NCBI GenBank assembly: GCA_963666395.2
Contig: CAXXQU010000001.1
Coordinates: 828,124 to 892,123 of the forward strand
Source of the DNA: an uncultured Aminiphilus sp.
GTDB lineage: Bacteria; Synergistota; Synergistia; Synergistales; Aminiphilaceae
DNA length: 64,000 nucleotides
Reading direction: 5' to 3'
Both the position numbers and the translations under genes were made by a program. Numbering within the stretch: the stretch's first letter is position 1; each line of letters begins with the position of its first letter. The notes under the pieces were generated by a model. The model was given only the letters and a program-made list of their open reading frames with translations, was not told where the DNA came from and did not search any database. Below are positions 34,492-44,756 of this stretch, one piece after another.

Positions 34492-37287
34492 ATGGCAAAG
34501 GACTATAAAAATACCCTGAATTTGCCGAAAACGGGATTTCCCATGAGGGCGAACCTCGCCAAGCGAGAGCCCGGTTTTCTTGCGTTCTGGGAGGAGCAGG
34601 ATATCTATGGCAAGTTGATGCAGCGTGCCGAAGGGGAGCTTTTCATTTTGCACGATGGACCTCCTTACGCCAACGGGCATATTCATATCGGCACGGCTTT
34701 CAATAAAATTCTCAAGGATTTTATTCCTAAATACAAGTGGATGCGGGGATATCGGTCTCCCTACGTTCCCGGATGGGATACCCACGGACTTCCCATAGAG
34801 TTGCGGGTTCTCAAGGAGGAAGGAAAACATAAGGAGGATCTTCCCCCGGAAGAACTCCGGCAGCGCTGTCAGGCTTATGCGGAGAAGTTTATCGACGTGC
34901 AGCGGGGAGAATTCCGCCGTCTCGGAGGGCTGGGGGATTGGCAGAATCCCTACATCACTTTCAAACCCGAATACGAGGCTGCTCAGTTGGGAGTCTTTGC
35001 GGAAATGGTGGATCGGGGGCTCGTTTACAAGGGACATAAGCCCGTTTACTGGTGCATCGACTGCCAGACCGCCCTCGCTACGGCGGAGATCGAGTACGAG
35101 GACGAAAAATCTCCCTCCATCTTCGTGGCCTATCCTCTTCTCGAGGGAATAGAGGGGTTTGAAAAGGATGATTACGAGAATCTCTACGTGGTAATTTGGA
35201 CCACCACTCCCTGGACCCTGCCCGCCAGTATGGCGGTGGCCCTGCATGCCGCCTACGAATACGTTATCGTCCAAATCGAGGATGGCCGGAAGTTTCTGGT
35301 GGCCAAGGAATTACTCGATTCCTTCTGCAAGGAAACGGGGCTTTCGGTTTCTTCGATTCTCAAAACCTTTCCGGGGCGCCATGTGGAGCATGCCAAGGCC
35401 CGACATCCCTTCATCCCTGAAAGAATTCTTCCTCTGGTACTGGCGGATTACGTTATTCTGGACCAGGGAACGGGATGCGTGCATACCGCTCCGGGACACG
35501 GCGTGGAAGACTTCGAGACGGGAGTCCGTTACGGTTTGGAAGTATATAATCCCGTGGATGACAAGGGATTCTTCAAACCCGGCACTCCCCTGGTGGCGAA
35601 CCTTTCTATCCATGACGGTTCGAAGGTGGTTCTGGACACTCTGCAGGAAAACGGAACTCTTTTGCGAAGCCACAGCATCAGCCACTCCTATCCTCACTGC
35701 TGGCGTTGCAAGAAACCCGTCATCTTCCGCTCCACCGAACAGTGGTTCGTTTCGGTGGAGGCTTTCCGGGAAAAGGCTCTGGAGGAGATCGATAGGGTTC
35801 AATGGGTTCCCGGATGGGGAAAGGATCGCATCTCCAACATGGTGCGGGAACGTTCGGATTGGTGTATCAGCCGACAGCGCATCTGGGGAGTTCCCATTCC
35901 CGCCTTTTACTGTCAGGATTGCGGTGCTTTGGTCCTTACGGGAGACCGGGTGCGGAAGGTTCAGGAGAAGGTGCGGGTTCACGGAAGTAACTTCTGGTGG
36001 ACCGCATCTCCCGAGGAGCTTTTGGAGGATCTCGCCTTCTGTCCCAAGTGCCAGGGAAAGCATTTGGGAAAGGACCGGGATATCATGGACGTGTGGTTCG
36101 ATTCCGGCATAAGCCACGTGGGGGTTCTGGAAACCCGAGAGGATCTGCGGTGGCCCGCTGATCTCTACCTCGAGGGGAGCGATCAGCACCGCGGGTGGTT
36201 CCAGACATCCCTTCTCACGTCGGTGGCAGTGAAGGACCGGGCTCCTTACAAGGCGGTGCTTACCCATGGGTTCATCATGGACGGAGATGGACGGAAGATG
36301 TCCAAATCCCTGGGGAATACCGTAGCTCCCCAGGATATCATCGACGAGTACGGAGCGGATATTCTCCGACTCTGGGTGGCCTCCACGGACTATCGGAACG
36401 ATGTGCGCATTTCCAAAACCATCATCGCCAATCTGGTGGAGATGTACCGACGTATTCGGAACACCGCCCGGTTCCTTCTCGGTAATCTCGGAGATTTCAA
36501 TCCCTCGAAGCATCGCCTGCCCCTGGAGGAGCTCACGGAGCTGGATCGTTGGATCTACATGCGGTTGCAGCAGGTTCTCGAAAAGGCCACCCGGGGTTTC
36601 GAGGATTACGAATTTCACGTACCCACCTTTGTATTGCATCAGTTCTGCGTCAACGAGGTGAGTTCCATTCTCCTGGACACTGCCAAGGACCGGCTTTACG
36701 TGGACGGAGCCGAAGATCCCCGGCGCCGGAGCGCCCAGACGGTGATCTGGGAACTTCTTCTGGGACTTACCAAGATTCTCGCTCCCATCCTCAGCTTTAC
36801 CGCAGAGGAGATTTGGCAGGAGATGCGTGCTCTGGATCCCGGACTTGAGGAAAGCGTATTTCTCTCCCTCTGGCCCGAGGTTCGTACGGATTTGGTGGAT
36901 GCGGAATTTCTCAAGAAATGGGATTTCCTCCTGGGTCTTCGGCAGAGCGTCAGCAGGGCTCTGGAAAAGGCCCGGAGCGGCGGAGTCCTGGGGCATTCCC
37001 TGGAGGCGGCGGTGTACGTGAAGCCTTCGGAAGAGTGCGATGAGCTCTTGAGAAGCTATACTCCGGAGTTCTGGGAAGAGTTCTGCATCATCTCCCGCTG
37101 GGCTTCTTCTCCCCTGGAGGGAGATGGCGTGCTTTCTCACCAGGACGAGGAAACGGGACTTCTCATCTCCGTAGCTTCCACGGGGGGGAACAAATGTCCC
37201 CGGTGCTGGAAATATACCGAAGATCCCCGAGGAGAAGAGGGGCTCTGCCCCCGCTGTGCCGGAGTGATGGAATCCCTGGAAGCCTAG
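34492..37287 (+). CDS. ileS: Isoleucine--tRNA ligase
   Basis: 931 aa with a HIGH-type motif (PPYANGHIHIGTAF), KMSKS, and a C-terminal zinc motif CPRCW...CPRC. Confidence 0.97.
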   Translation: MAKDYKNTLNLPKTGFPMRANLAKREPGFLAFWEEQDIYGKLMQRAEGELFILHDGPPYANGHIHIGTAFNKILKDFIPKYKWMRGYRSPYVPGWDTHGLPIELRVLKEEGKHKEDLPPEELRQRCQAYAEKFIDVQRGEFRRLGGLGDWQNPYITFKPEYEAAQLGVFAEMVDRGLVYKGHKPVYWCIDCQTALATAEIEYEDEKSPSIFVAYPLLEGIEGFEKDDYENLYVVIWTTTPWTLPASMAVALHAAYEYVIVQIEDGRKFLVAKELLDSFCKETGLSVSSILKTFPGRHVEHAKARHPFIPERILPLVLADYVILDQGTGCVHTAPGHGVEDFETGVRYGLEVYNPVDDKGFFKPGTPLVANLSIHDGSKVVLDTLQENGTLLRSHSISHSYPHCWRCKKPVIFRSTEQWFVSVEAFREKALEEIDRVQWVPGWGKDRISNMVRERSDWCISRQRIWGVPIPAFYCQDCGALVLTGDRVRKVQEKVRVHGSNFWWTASPEELLEDLAFCPKCQGKHLGKDRDIMDVWFDSGISHVGVLETREDLRWPADLYLEGSDQHRGWFQTSLLTSVAVKDRAPYKAVLTHGFIMDGDGRKMSKSLGNTVAPQDIIDEYGADILRLWVASTDYRNDVRISKTIIANLVEMYRRIRNTARFLLGNLGDFNPSKHRLPLEELTELDRWIYMRLQQVLEKATRGFEDYEFHVPTFVLHQFCVNEVSSILLDTAKDRLYVDGAEDPRRRSAQTVIWELLLGLTKILAPILSFTAEEIWQEMRALDPGLEESVFLSLWPEVRTDLVDAEFLKKWDFLLGLRQSVSRALEKARSGGVLGHSLEAAVYVKPSEECDELLRSYTPEFWEEFCIISRWASSPLEGDGVLSHQDEETGLLISVASTGGNKCPRCWKYTEDPRGEEGLCPRCAGVMESLEA

Positions 37288-37318
37288 AGCGGAATTTACG
37301 GCGGAGATACGATCTATC

Positions 37319-37351
37319 CCAGGAGAGCTGGAATTTTTTCGGCTCTCCTGG
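37319..37351 (+). terminator. Perfect 10-bp hairpin after ileS (weak or partial terminator)
   Basis: CCAGGAGAGC / GCTCTCCTGG with a 13-nt T-rich loop. Only a short T tract follows. Confidence 0.4.
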
Positions 37352-37369
37352 TCTTCGTGGAAAAATATT

Positions 37370-38365
37370 GTGACTTGGAACGGAAATGACGGTGAAGGAT
37401 GTATGGACGAAAGCATGGATGACTTGCAGCATTCCGTGGTGTGGTTGGAGAACGAAGACTTGCCGGACGGAGGAAAGCAGGTGGGTTTCCTTTATCGGGG
37501 AGAGCCGGAGAGGCTGGATTCTCTGGTGGCCCGGGTGGTGGGCATATCCCGGTCCTATGCCACCAAGATCATACGCAAGGGGCTGGTGGAGCTGAATCCG
37601 TCCTGTGCCATCAAACCTTCCGTAAAATGCCTTTCCCACACCGAGGTGACCGTAACTCTTCCTCCTGCGGAGGACCTGGAGATTATTCCGGAGGACGTGG
37701 ATTTCCGGGTGCTTTACGAAGATGGGGATTGTATCGTGCTTCACAAGCCTTCGGGAATCGTGGTGCATCCCGCTCCGGGAAATTGGGAGGGAACTCTGGT
37801 GCATGGATTGCTGTACAGGTATCCCGACATCGGAGAGATTAACGGCCGGAAACGGCCGGGCATCGTGCATCGATTGGATCAGGGAACCTCGGGCCTTATG
37901 GTGGTGGCCCGGAACATGTGGGCCCATGATCGGCTCAGCCGGGCCTTTCGGGAGCGTCGGGTATCCAAGGAATATCTCGCCCTCGCCCTGGGATGCGTTC
38001 CCTGGGCGGAGCACGTGGTGGATCTTCCCATCGGAAGGCATCCCCTGCATCGGGTCCGCATGGCGGTGGTGTCCGAGGGACGTCCGGCTCGAACGGATTT
38101 TTACGTTCTCCGGAACTACCGAAAAACGACCCTTCTACGCTGTGTTATCCACACCGGACGTACCCATCAGATTCGGGTGCATGCGGCCCATTTGGGATAT
38201 CCTCTCTGGGGGGACGATCTTTACGGATTTTCAGGCCAAAAAGAAGGGCGCATTTTTCTGCATTCCTGGAAACTGGCTTTCGAACATCCCCGGACGGGAA
38301 TCCTCATGTCCTTTCGGGATCCTCTGGATTCGGAGCTTCTGCATATTCTGCAGCGGCAACGGTAA
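37370..38365 (+). CDS. rluD: 23S rRNA pseudouridine synthase, RluD subfamily
   Basis: 331 aa with an S4-like N-terminal domain and the catalytic motif HRLDQGTSGLMVVAR. The start is uncertain (GTG 37370 or ATG 37403). Confidence 0.9.
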   Translation: MTWNGNDGEGCMDESMDDLQHSVVWLENEDLPDGGKQVGFLYRGEPERLDSLVARVVGISRSYATKIIRKGLVELNPSCAIKPSVKCLSHTEVTVTLPPAEDLEIIPEDVDFRVLYEDGDCIVLHKPSGIVVHPAPGNWEGTLVHGLLYRYPDIGEINGRKRPGIVHRLDQGTSGLMVVARNMWAHDRLSRAFRERRVSKEYLALALGCVPWAEHVVDLPIGRHPLHRVRMAVVSEGRPARTDFYVLRNYRKTTLLRCVIHTGRTHQIRVHAAHLGYPLWGDDLYGFSGQKEGRIFLHSWKLAFEHPRTGILMSFRDPLDSELLHILQRQR

Positions 38366-40043
38366 GGGACTTAGGTTCCGCCCGAAGGGTCGCAAAGTTG
38401 GTATACCGCACGTGGGCCATGGCCTTGCCGGGAATATGCTTGACGTACTGTACCGGAGCGTAATCCACCGATATCGCAAGACTGTTTTTCCCCTTGGAAT
38501 AGAATGCCGCCAGAGACGCCGCCAGGGCGATGGCTTCGGGATGGTGCTCCGATCGCCTGGAGCGCAGAATCACATGGGCTCCGGGAATCTTCTGAGCGTG
38601 GAACCAGAGATCCCCCGAAGCGGCGATATCGAAGGTAACCCGGCGATTTCCCCGGGTGTTCATGCCCAAATAAATATGTCCTCCCAAAGAGGGTAGATCC
38701 AGCTCGAGATAGGGACGGGAGGAAAGGCGTTCCTTGCCTTTGCCCTTGGGTTTCGCCCCCTTTTTCCTCAAGGTTTCCTGTACCGGTGTTTCCGCTTCGA
38801 AAGCCTCGATCTCCTCCAAACTTTCGCAGGATTCGAGAAGCGAGAGAAGCGTATCCTCCTCTTCCTCCTGCTGACGTAGGCTTTCCAGCCTTTTTAAAGA
38901 TTCCTCCACGCTTCCCAGGGCTTTTTTGTATTTCCGGAAATAACGTTCCGCATTCGCCGGAATTCCCAGGGTTTTCTCGAGTTCCACGGTGATAATGCTT
39001 CCCGGAGATTCCCAATCCTCCAGGTCTATGCTCGAAGTTCCCCGGGGAACCTCCCGGGGACATCCCAGAAGAAGCTGTCCCTTTTTCTTCCAGCTTTCCG
39101 CCTCCTCCGCCCGTTCCAGGCGCTGTTCCATGCCCCGTATCTTGTGGCGGGTGCGCTTGAGATTCTCCCGAAGCCCCCGGGCAAGCTTCGTTTTCTTTCT
39201 TACCACGGATTGCCCTAAAAGCTTGGCTCCGGAGATTTCCCAAAGCCGGGAAAAGAGTTCTTCCCGAGGTATTTCCCGAGCTTCCGGAAGAAGCTCGGGA
39301 AATACCGTAAGATCCTTTTCGATCTCCTGAAGAAAGAGATTCCCCGGAGAGATTTCCCCCATTTCCCGGAGAGCCCTTCCCCATTCCTGGGGAGAGCGTT
39401 CCTCGTAATGTCGTATAATGTGATTTGCGAGACCTTTTCCGATTCCCCGGATTTTTCGAAGCCCTTCCGTTTCTCCTCGAAGGAGCGCTTCCACCGTTTC
39501 CCGGGGAGCGAGAAAATTGCCCGGCGGCGGCGGCGAGTAGGGATGTCCCGGCAGAATATGGCGATAGCTGTTATCCTCGGGATGGATGTGCTTTGCCGTC
39601 TCCAGCACCCGTTCCTCCTCGTCCAGAAGAATGCAGTTGCTGTATCGTCCCGTAAGTTCCAGAAGGAGATATTTTTTCTGCACGAATCCCGCTCCGAGAA
39701 GCTTTTCGAAGGTGCATCGCAGGATACGGTCTTCCTGGAGCTGCTCCACGAAAACCAGACGGGCTCCGGAAAGGTGGGCCTTTACCGCATGACCTATGGG
39801 AAGGGACGCGGTACGTTGTTCGAGGAGCTTCCGGATATCCCCTTCCGGAGCCAGGGTGCAGCAGTAGAGAAGGGGGTCCCAGCAGAGGAAAAGCGTTCTT
39901 CCTCCGAGGCTTCCCTTGCGGAATCCAAGGGAGAGCCAGGAATCTCCCCAAAAGACCTCTCCGAGGCTTCCCGGAGGAGCTGTGCTTAGAATCTCCTTCA
40001 AGGAAAAAGTGAGAAACGGAATAATTTCCGGGTTTACAGACAT
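38304..40043 (-). CDS. rqcH: NFACT-family ribosome quality control protein (RqcH / FbpA-like)
   Basis: Has the NFACT-N fold and a C-terminal NFACT-R/DUF814 (DLWFHAQKIPGAHVILR...FYSKGK). ATG 40043 is preferred over 40109 because the latter would overlap the tRNA-operon promoter. Confidence 0.85.
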   Translation of the reverse strand: MSVNPEIIPFLTFSLKEILSTAPPGSLGEVFWGDSWLSLGFRKGSLGGRTLFLCWDPLLYCCTLAPEGDIRKLLEQRTASLPIGHAVKAHLSGARLVFVEQLQEDRILRCTFEKLLGAGFVQKKYLLLELTGRYSNCILLDEEERVLETAKHIHPEDNSYRHILPGHPYSPPPPGNFLAPRETVEALLRGETEGLRKIRGIGKGLANHIIRHYEERSPQEWGRALREMGEISPGNLFLQEIEKDLTVFPELLPEAREIPREELFSRLWEISGAKLLGQSVVRKKTKLARGLRENLKRTRHKIRGMEQRLERAEEAESWKKKGQLLLGCPREVPRGTSSIDLEDWESPGSIITVELEKTLGIPANAERYFRKYKKALGSVEESLKRLESLRQQEEEEDTLLSLLESCESLEEIEAFEAETPVQETLRKKGAKPKGKGKERLSSRPYLELDLPSLGGHIYLGMNTRGNRRVTFDIAASGDLWFHAQKIPGAHVILRSRRSEHHPEAIALAASLAAFYSKGKNSLAISVDYAPVQYVKHIPGKAMAHVRYTNFATLRAEPKSLTVAAAEYAEAPNPEDPERT

Positions 40044-40102
40044 ACTGGAAAAGCTCCCTTCACCGTTGACTGGTAGAGGGAGACTAACATGGAGTTTGCC
40101 TC

Positions 40103-40131
40103 TTGACAAGACTTCTCTCCCTGACTAAAAT
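40103..40131 (+). promoter_or_regulatory. Near-consensus sigma-70 promoter of the tRNA operon
   Basis: TTGACA (40103-40108), a 17-nt spacer, then TAAAAT (40126-40131). The first tRNA starts at 40149. Confidence 0.65.
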
Positions 40132-40148
40132 GGTCGCCGTTATGCGAT

Positions 40149-40223
40149 GGGGCTGTGGCGCAGAGGGAGCGCGATTCCTTCGCAAGGAATAGGTCGGGGG
40201 TTCGAATCCCCCCAGCTCCACCA
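40149..40223 (+). tRNA. tRNA-Ala (CGC)
   Basis: Cloverleaf read by eye. Has the G3:U70 identity pair, anticodon loop TTCGCAA, and an encoded CCA. Confidence 0.9.
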
Positions 40224-40260
40224 GAACTTTTGTAGAGTGCTCCACAGCGCAGGTCGGAAT

Positions 40261-40338
40261 CGGGGTGTAGCGCAGTCTGGTTAGCGCACCTGCTTTGGGA
40301 GCAGGGGGTCGAAGGTTCGAATCCTTTCACCCCGACCA
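40261..40338 (+). tRNA. tRNA-Pro (TGG)
   Basis: Acceptor CGGGGTG/CACCCCG, anticodon loop TTTGGGA, encoded CCA. Confidence 0.9.
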
Positions 40339-40356
40339 GTTTAGGTTTTTTGCATT

Positions 40357-40433
40357 GCGGGAGTAGCTCAGCTGGCTAGAGCAACGGCCTTCCAAGCCGT
40401 AGGTCGCGGGTCCGAATCCCGTCTCCCGCTCCA
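40357..40433 (+). tRNA. tRNA-Gly (TCC)
   Basis: Acceptor GCGGGAG/CTCCCGC, anticodon loop CTTCCAA, U73, encoded CCA. Confidence 0.9.
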
Positions 40434-40450
40434 TTTTTTTTACAAAATAC

Positions 40451-40527
<77 letters not shown>

Positions 40528-40547
40528 TGAAGATAAGGTTTGTGGAT

Positions 40548-40625
40548 GGTGAGCGTAGCTCAATTGGTTAGAGCGCTGGACTGTGGCTCCAGAGGCTGGG
40601 GGTTCAAGTCCCCTCGTTCACCCCA
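40548..40625 (+). tRNA. tRNA-His (GTG)
   Basis: Extra G-1 paired with C73, anticodon loop CTGTGGC, encoded CCA. Confidence 0.9.
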
Positions 40626-40637
40626 TAGCTTTAAGGT

Positions 40638-40713
40638 GGATCGTTAGCTCAACTGGCAGAGCACCTGACTCTTAATCAGGGGGTTATAGGTTCGATTCCT
40701 ATACGATCCACCA
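40638..40713 (+). tRNA. tRNA-Lys (CTT), copy 1
   Basis: Acceptor GGATCGT/ACGATCC, anticodon loop CTCTTAA, encoded CCA. Confidence 0.9.
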
Positions 40714-40768
40714 GTTTTTTTGTTCTTTTGAAACGACAGAATTCCCCGCCTTTCCAGCCGATAGCTGT

Positions 40769-40844
40769 GGATCGTTAGCTCAACTGGCAGAGCACCTGAC
40801 TCTTAATCAGGGGGTTATAGGTTCGATTCCTATACGATCCACCA
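40769..40844 (+). tRNA. tRNA-Lys (CTT), copy 2 (identical to copy 1)
   Basis: The 76 nt are identical to 40638-40713. The upstream ATAGCT..GTGGATCG context is also duplicated. Confidence 0.9.
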
Positions 40845-40898
40845 TTTTATATCGTTATCGTGGTAGTTTTCAGAGGTTCCAGGGAAAAGCAAGGGAAT

Positions 40899-40982
40899 GC
40901 GAGAGTGGTGGAATTGGTAGACACGTAGGATTTAGGTTCCTATGCTCCTAGCGTGGGGGTTCGAGTCCCCCCTCTCGCACCA
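40899..40982 (+). tRNA. tRNA-Leu (TAG)
   Basis: Type II tRNA with a long variable arm, anticodon loop TTTAGGT, acceptor GCGAGAG/CTCTCGC, encoded CCA. Confidence 0.9.
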
Positions 40983-41015
40983 AGAGGAAATAACGGGCAG
41001 ATTATTGCGTATTCG

Positions 41016-41044
41016 CCTCGATGGTGTTCCATCGGGGTTTTTTT
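41016..41044 (+). terminator. Rho-independent terminator of the tRNA operon
   Basis: CCTCGATGG-TGTT-CCATCGGGG followed by TTTTTTT. Confidence 0.8.
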
Positions 41045-41212
41045 ATGCTATCATGCGACAGGGTCTTTTTTCGAAAAAAGTGGCGTATTCTGCGTGCGGA
41101 ATTCTTATTCCGTTTTTTCAAGCAAAAAGGCCGAAAGCTTTAATTTTTTAAGACCAAGAAGAGAAGCTTGCCGTGGGCAGGCGTGTCGTAGTTTGATAAG
41201 GAGGCTGTTTAC

Positions 41213-42580
41213 ATGCGTTCTGAAGTTCTCTCCCAGGAAAAAAACGTTCTCGTCCTTCGGGTCGAAAAGGAAGCTCCGGAGTTTAATGCAGCAGTACAAA
41301 CGGCGGTACGGGAGCTTTCGCAACAGGCGAACATCAAGGGGTTCCGGAAAGGACGGGTTCCTCGGCACGTGCTCGAAATGTATGTGGGAAAAAAGGCCAT
41401 CCTTGATCATGCCATGGAGAAACTGATTCCGGATTGCATGAAGCAGGTGGTGGAGGAGTACGGAGTGGTTCTTCTGGAGGATCCGAGGATCGACGTGGAG
41501 AAAGCCCAGGAGGGAGAGCCCTTCAGCTTCAAGGTGACCATGTATACCCGTCCGGAAATAACGCTTCCCGAGTTGGATTCCCTCGAAGTGGAACGCCCTC
41601 TCTTTCCCGTTCCGGACAAGGCGGTGGAGGAGACTTTGAAAAAGATCCTGCATCAGCATGCGGAGTGGGTTCCCGTGGAGGAGGAATCTCTCGAAGCGGG
41701 AGATAACCACGTGGTGGACGTAAGTTACGTCATCTCCGTGGACGGAGAGGAAACGGAGAAGCAGGAAGAGGTCCCCATCGCTCTCTGGGCTCCGGAGCTT
41801 CGGGAGGAAATCAAAAAGGCCCTTCTGGGAAAGAAAAAGGGAGATCTGACGAGTGTGGATATCTCCATTCCCGAGGATCACGAGGATTCCCGGTATGCGG
41901 GTAAAACCGCATCCTATGTCATTACGGTAAAACAGGTAAAGGAAGAGAAGCTTCCCGAATTGAATCCCGAGCTTTTCGCCAAGGTGGGAGCGGATTCTGC
42001 GGCCTCGGAAGATGATTTCCGGACTTTCTTGCTCAAACGCCTGGAGGAACAGGTGGCCTCTCAGAGCGAAGAAGTCGCCCGGAACAATGCGGTTCAGGCC
42101 TTTCTGAAGGCGGTGGACATGGAATTCCTTCCCGAGCGCGAAGTGGAGCGGCAGTATCAGCATCTCAAGAACGAAGAGGCTGAAAAAATTCAGCATCAGT
42201 TCAACCAGGCTTTGCCGGAGTACCTCGAAGCCCAGAACATGACCATGGAAGAGTACGAGGAAAAGCTTCGGAGTCGGGCGGAAGAGGACGTGCGTGCTCG
42301 ACTGGCCTTCGAGGTTCTTGAAGAGGAAATCGCCACGGAAGTCAAGAACGAGGATGTGGAGGCGGAAATGCGCCGCATCGCTCTGAATACGGGCATGCCT
42401 CTCAAGAGGATTTACGATTTGCACAAGGAGAACCGGAAGCTTCTCGGAGAGACGGTGGGGCGGATTCAGTTCCGTAAGGCGGTGGATCATCTCATGTCCA
42501 AGGTTTCCCTGAAGGATGTGGCGGTGGAGCTTCCCGAAGATTCCGGCGAAAGCGAAGAGGCTGCGGAGAAAGCGGAATAG
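41213..42580 (+). CDS. tig: Trigger factor
   Basis: 455 aa with the N-terminal ribosome-binding signature GFRKGRVP, a central PPIase-like region, and an acidic C-terminus. Confidence 0.95.
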   Translation: MRSEVLSQEKNVLVLRVEKEAPEFNAAVQTAVRELSQQANIKGFRKGRVPRHVLEMYVGKKAILDHAMEKLIPDCMKQVVEEYGVVLLEDPRIDVEKAQEGEPFSFKVTMYTRPEITLPELDSLEVERPLFPVPDKAVEETLKKILHQHAEWVPVEEESLEAGDNHVVDVSYVISVDGEETEKQEEVPIALWAPELREEIKKALLGKKKGDLTSVDISIPEDHEDSRYAGKTASYVITVKQVKEEKLPELNPELFAKVGADSAASEDDFRTFLLKRLEEQVASQSEEVARNNAVQAFLKAVDMEFLPEREVERQYQHLKNEEAEKIQHQFNQALPEYLEAQNMTMEEYEEKLRSRAEEDVRARLAFEVLEEEIATEVKNEDVEAEMRRIALNTGMPLKRIYDLHKENRKLLGETVGRIQFRKAVDHLMSKVSLKDVAVELPEDSGESEEAAEKAE

Positions 42581-42638
42581 AGTCTTTGAAAATTTTCAGA
42601 GCCGGGGGTTTTCATATTTCTGGAAGGAGGCATTTCGC

Positions 42639-43217
42639 ATGCTGATACCCTACGTAATCGAGCAGACCGGACGGGGAGAGAGATCCTACGATATTTACAG
42701 CAGGCTTCTCAAGGATCGCATTATCTTTCTCGGGGATGCCATCGACGATCACATAGCGAACCTGGTGGTGGCGCAGCTTCTGTATCTCGAAAGCGAAGAT
42801 CCCGATAAGGATGTGCACCTTTACATCAATAGCCCGGGAGGGGTTATTACGGCGGGGCTTGCCATATACGATACCATGCAGTACGTGAAATGTCCGGTTT
42901 CCACCATCTGCGTGGGTCAGGCGGCGAGCATGGGAGCGGCCCTCCTTACCGCAGGAGCTCCGGGAAAGCGTTTCGCTCTTCCCTATTCCCGTATCATGAT
43001 TCACCAGCCCCACGGAGGAGCCCAGGGACAGGCCACGGATATCGAAATTCAGGCCAAGGAAATCCTCCGCAGCCGGGAAACCCTGAACAATATTATGGCC
43101 CACCACACCGGAAAGGATGTTAAAAAGATCCTTCGGGATACCGATCGGGATCATTTTATGTCCGCCGAAGAAGCGGTGCGTTACGGTATTGTGGACAAGG
43201 TTATCGAAAAACGGTAG
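42639..43217 (+). CDS. clpP: ATP-dependent Clp protease proteolytic subunit
   Basis: 192 aa from ATG 42639 (GGAAGGAGG upstream). Has the catalytic contexts GQAASMGA and IMIHQP. Confidence 0.97.
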   Translation: MLIPYVIEQTGRGERSYDIYSRLLKDRIIFLGDAIDDHIANLVVAQLLYLESEDPDKDVHLYINSPGGVITAGLAIYDTMQYVKCPVSTICVGQAASMGAALLTAGAPGKRFALPYSRIMIHQPHGGAQGQATDIEIQAKEILRSRETLNNIMAHHTGKDVKKILRDTDRDHFMSAEEAVRYGIVDKVIEKR

Positions 43218-43436
43218 ATTGCGAAAGCGCAAGAACGTTCCAAGCGGGGGGGCCAAGGCTCCCTCGTTTGTTTTATTCTGGGAAATCAGGTATGATCATC
43301 CGGTTATGAAGGTATTTCTGAGGAAAGAAAATGTTTTCCCCTTTCCATCCATGCGGCAAAGTTCGGAAATACCCCGGAGGATATTCGTTGCTTCGCCCCA
43401 AGAGAGGCGTATCGAGCTATTGAAGGAGGAGTATCG

Positions 43437-44756
43437 TTGTTTAATTTTGAAGGCGATAATAAGAACGGGAAACAGAGAAATGGCATCCGCTGTTCCTTTT
43501 GCGGAAAAAGCCAGAAAGAGGTGCAAAAAATTATCGCTGGCCCCGGGGTCTACATCTGTAATGAATGCGTGCACTTGTGCGATATGATTCTTGAAAGTGA
43601 AAACGTTCCCGAAGAGGGGTTCGGCAAAAACAGGGAGAACGCCTTGGAACCCAAAGAAACTCCCAAGCCCAAGGCGATCAAGGAGTTTCTCGATCAGTAC
43701 ATCATCGGTCAGGAACAGGCCAAACGGGTTCTTTCCGTGGCGGTGTACAACCATTTCCAGCGTATTCAGCAGAAGGATCTTGCGGAGGATTCCGAGGTGG
43801 AACTTCAGAAGAGCAACGTCCTTCTCATCGGACCTACGGGGTCGGGGAAAACCCTTTTGGCCCAGACCTTGGCCCGGATTCTCGAGGTTCCCTTCGCCAT
43901 GGCGGACGCCACCACCCTTACCGAAGCGGGGTATGTGGGAGAGGACGTGGAAAACATCCTCGTTCGGCTTCTCCAGGCTGCGGGAGGAGATGTACAGGCT
44001 GCGGAGCGGGGCATCATCTACCTCGATGAGCTGGATAAAATCTGTCGCAAGTCCGAATCGGTTTCCATCACCCGGGATGTTTCCGGAGAGGGAGTACAGC
44101 AGGCGCTGCTGCGGATTCTCGAGGGCACCGTGGCAAACGTTCCTCCCAAGGGGGGGCGAAAGCATCCGCACCAGGATTTCATCCAGGTGAATACCGAGCA
44201 TATTCTCTTCATCTGCGGAGGTTCCTTCGAAGGATTGGAGGACGTGATCGCCCGGAGGGTGAACAAGAAATCCATCGGATTCGGAGGCCAGGTCTTCAGC
44301 CACAATCGGGGAGATGCCTACGAGATGCTTCAGTATGTGCAGCCCGATGATCTCATGTCTTACGGATTCATTCCGGAATTTATCGGAAGACTTCCGGTGA
44401 TCACCTCTCTGGAGGGGTTGAACGAAGAGGCTCTGATCCGTATTCTCACGGAACCCAAAAATGCTTTGGTAAAGCAGTATCAGAAGACCCTGGAACTGGA
44501 AAATATTCCCTTGGAGTTTTCCCCGGAAGCCCTGACGAAAGTGGCTCACCTCGCGGCGGAACGGAAGACCGGAGCCCGGGGATTGCGTTCCATCATGGAA
44601 TCCCTCATGCTGGATATTCTTTACGAAGTTCCTTCGAAGGATCGGCGGCCCAAGAAAATTCGCATCACCGAATCCTACGTGGAGGATCGTTCCGGCAATA
44701 TCTATCATTACGAGGGCGATAAGGATAGCAACGACGACGAAAAGGAGGTCGCCTAA
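43437..44756 (+). CDS. clpX: ATP-dependent Clp protease ATP-binding subunit ClpX
   Basis: 439 aa with a TTG start after GAAGGAGGA, zinc finger CSFCGK...CNEC, and Walker A GPTGSGKT. Confidence 0.97.
   Translation: MFNFEGDNKNGKQRNGIRCSFCGKSQKEVQKIIAGPGVYICNECVHLCDMILESENVPEEGFGKNRENALEPKETPKPKAIKEFLDQYIIGQEQAKRVLSVAVYNHFQRIQQKDLAEDSEVELQKSNVLLIGPTGSGKTLLAQTLARILEVPFAMADATTLTEAGYVGEDVENILVRLLQAAGGDVQAAERGIIYLDELDKICRKSESVSITRDVSGEGVQQALLRILEGTVANVPPKGGRKHPHQDFIQVNTEHILFICGGSFEGLEDVIARRVNKKSIGFGGQVFSHNRGDAYEMLQYVQPDDLMSYGFIPEFIGRLPVITSLEGLNEEALIRILTEPKNALVKQYQKTLELENIPLEFSPEALTKVAHLAAERKTGARGLRSIMESLMLDILYEVPSKDRRPKKIRITESYVEDRSGNIYHYEGDKDSNDDEKEVA

Noticed and set aside
38304-38365. A 62-bp overlap of the convergent rluD and rqcH 3' ends, and the absence of lspA between ileS and rluD.
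   Set aside because: Convergent overlaps of this size occur regularly and may partly reflect poorly conserved C-terminal tails. lspA is probably encoded elsewhere. Neither points to an unusual mechanism.
40034-40330. A 98-aa minus-strand ORF across the first tRNA genes.
   Set aside because: It overlaps tRNA-Ala and tRNA-Pro antisense and the tRNA promoter, so it is an artefact of GC-rich tRNA sequence.
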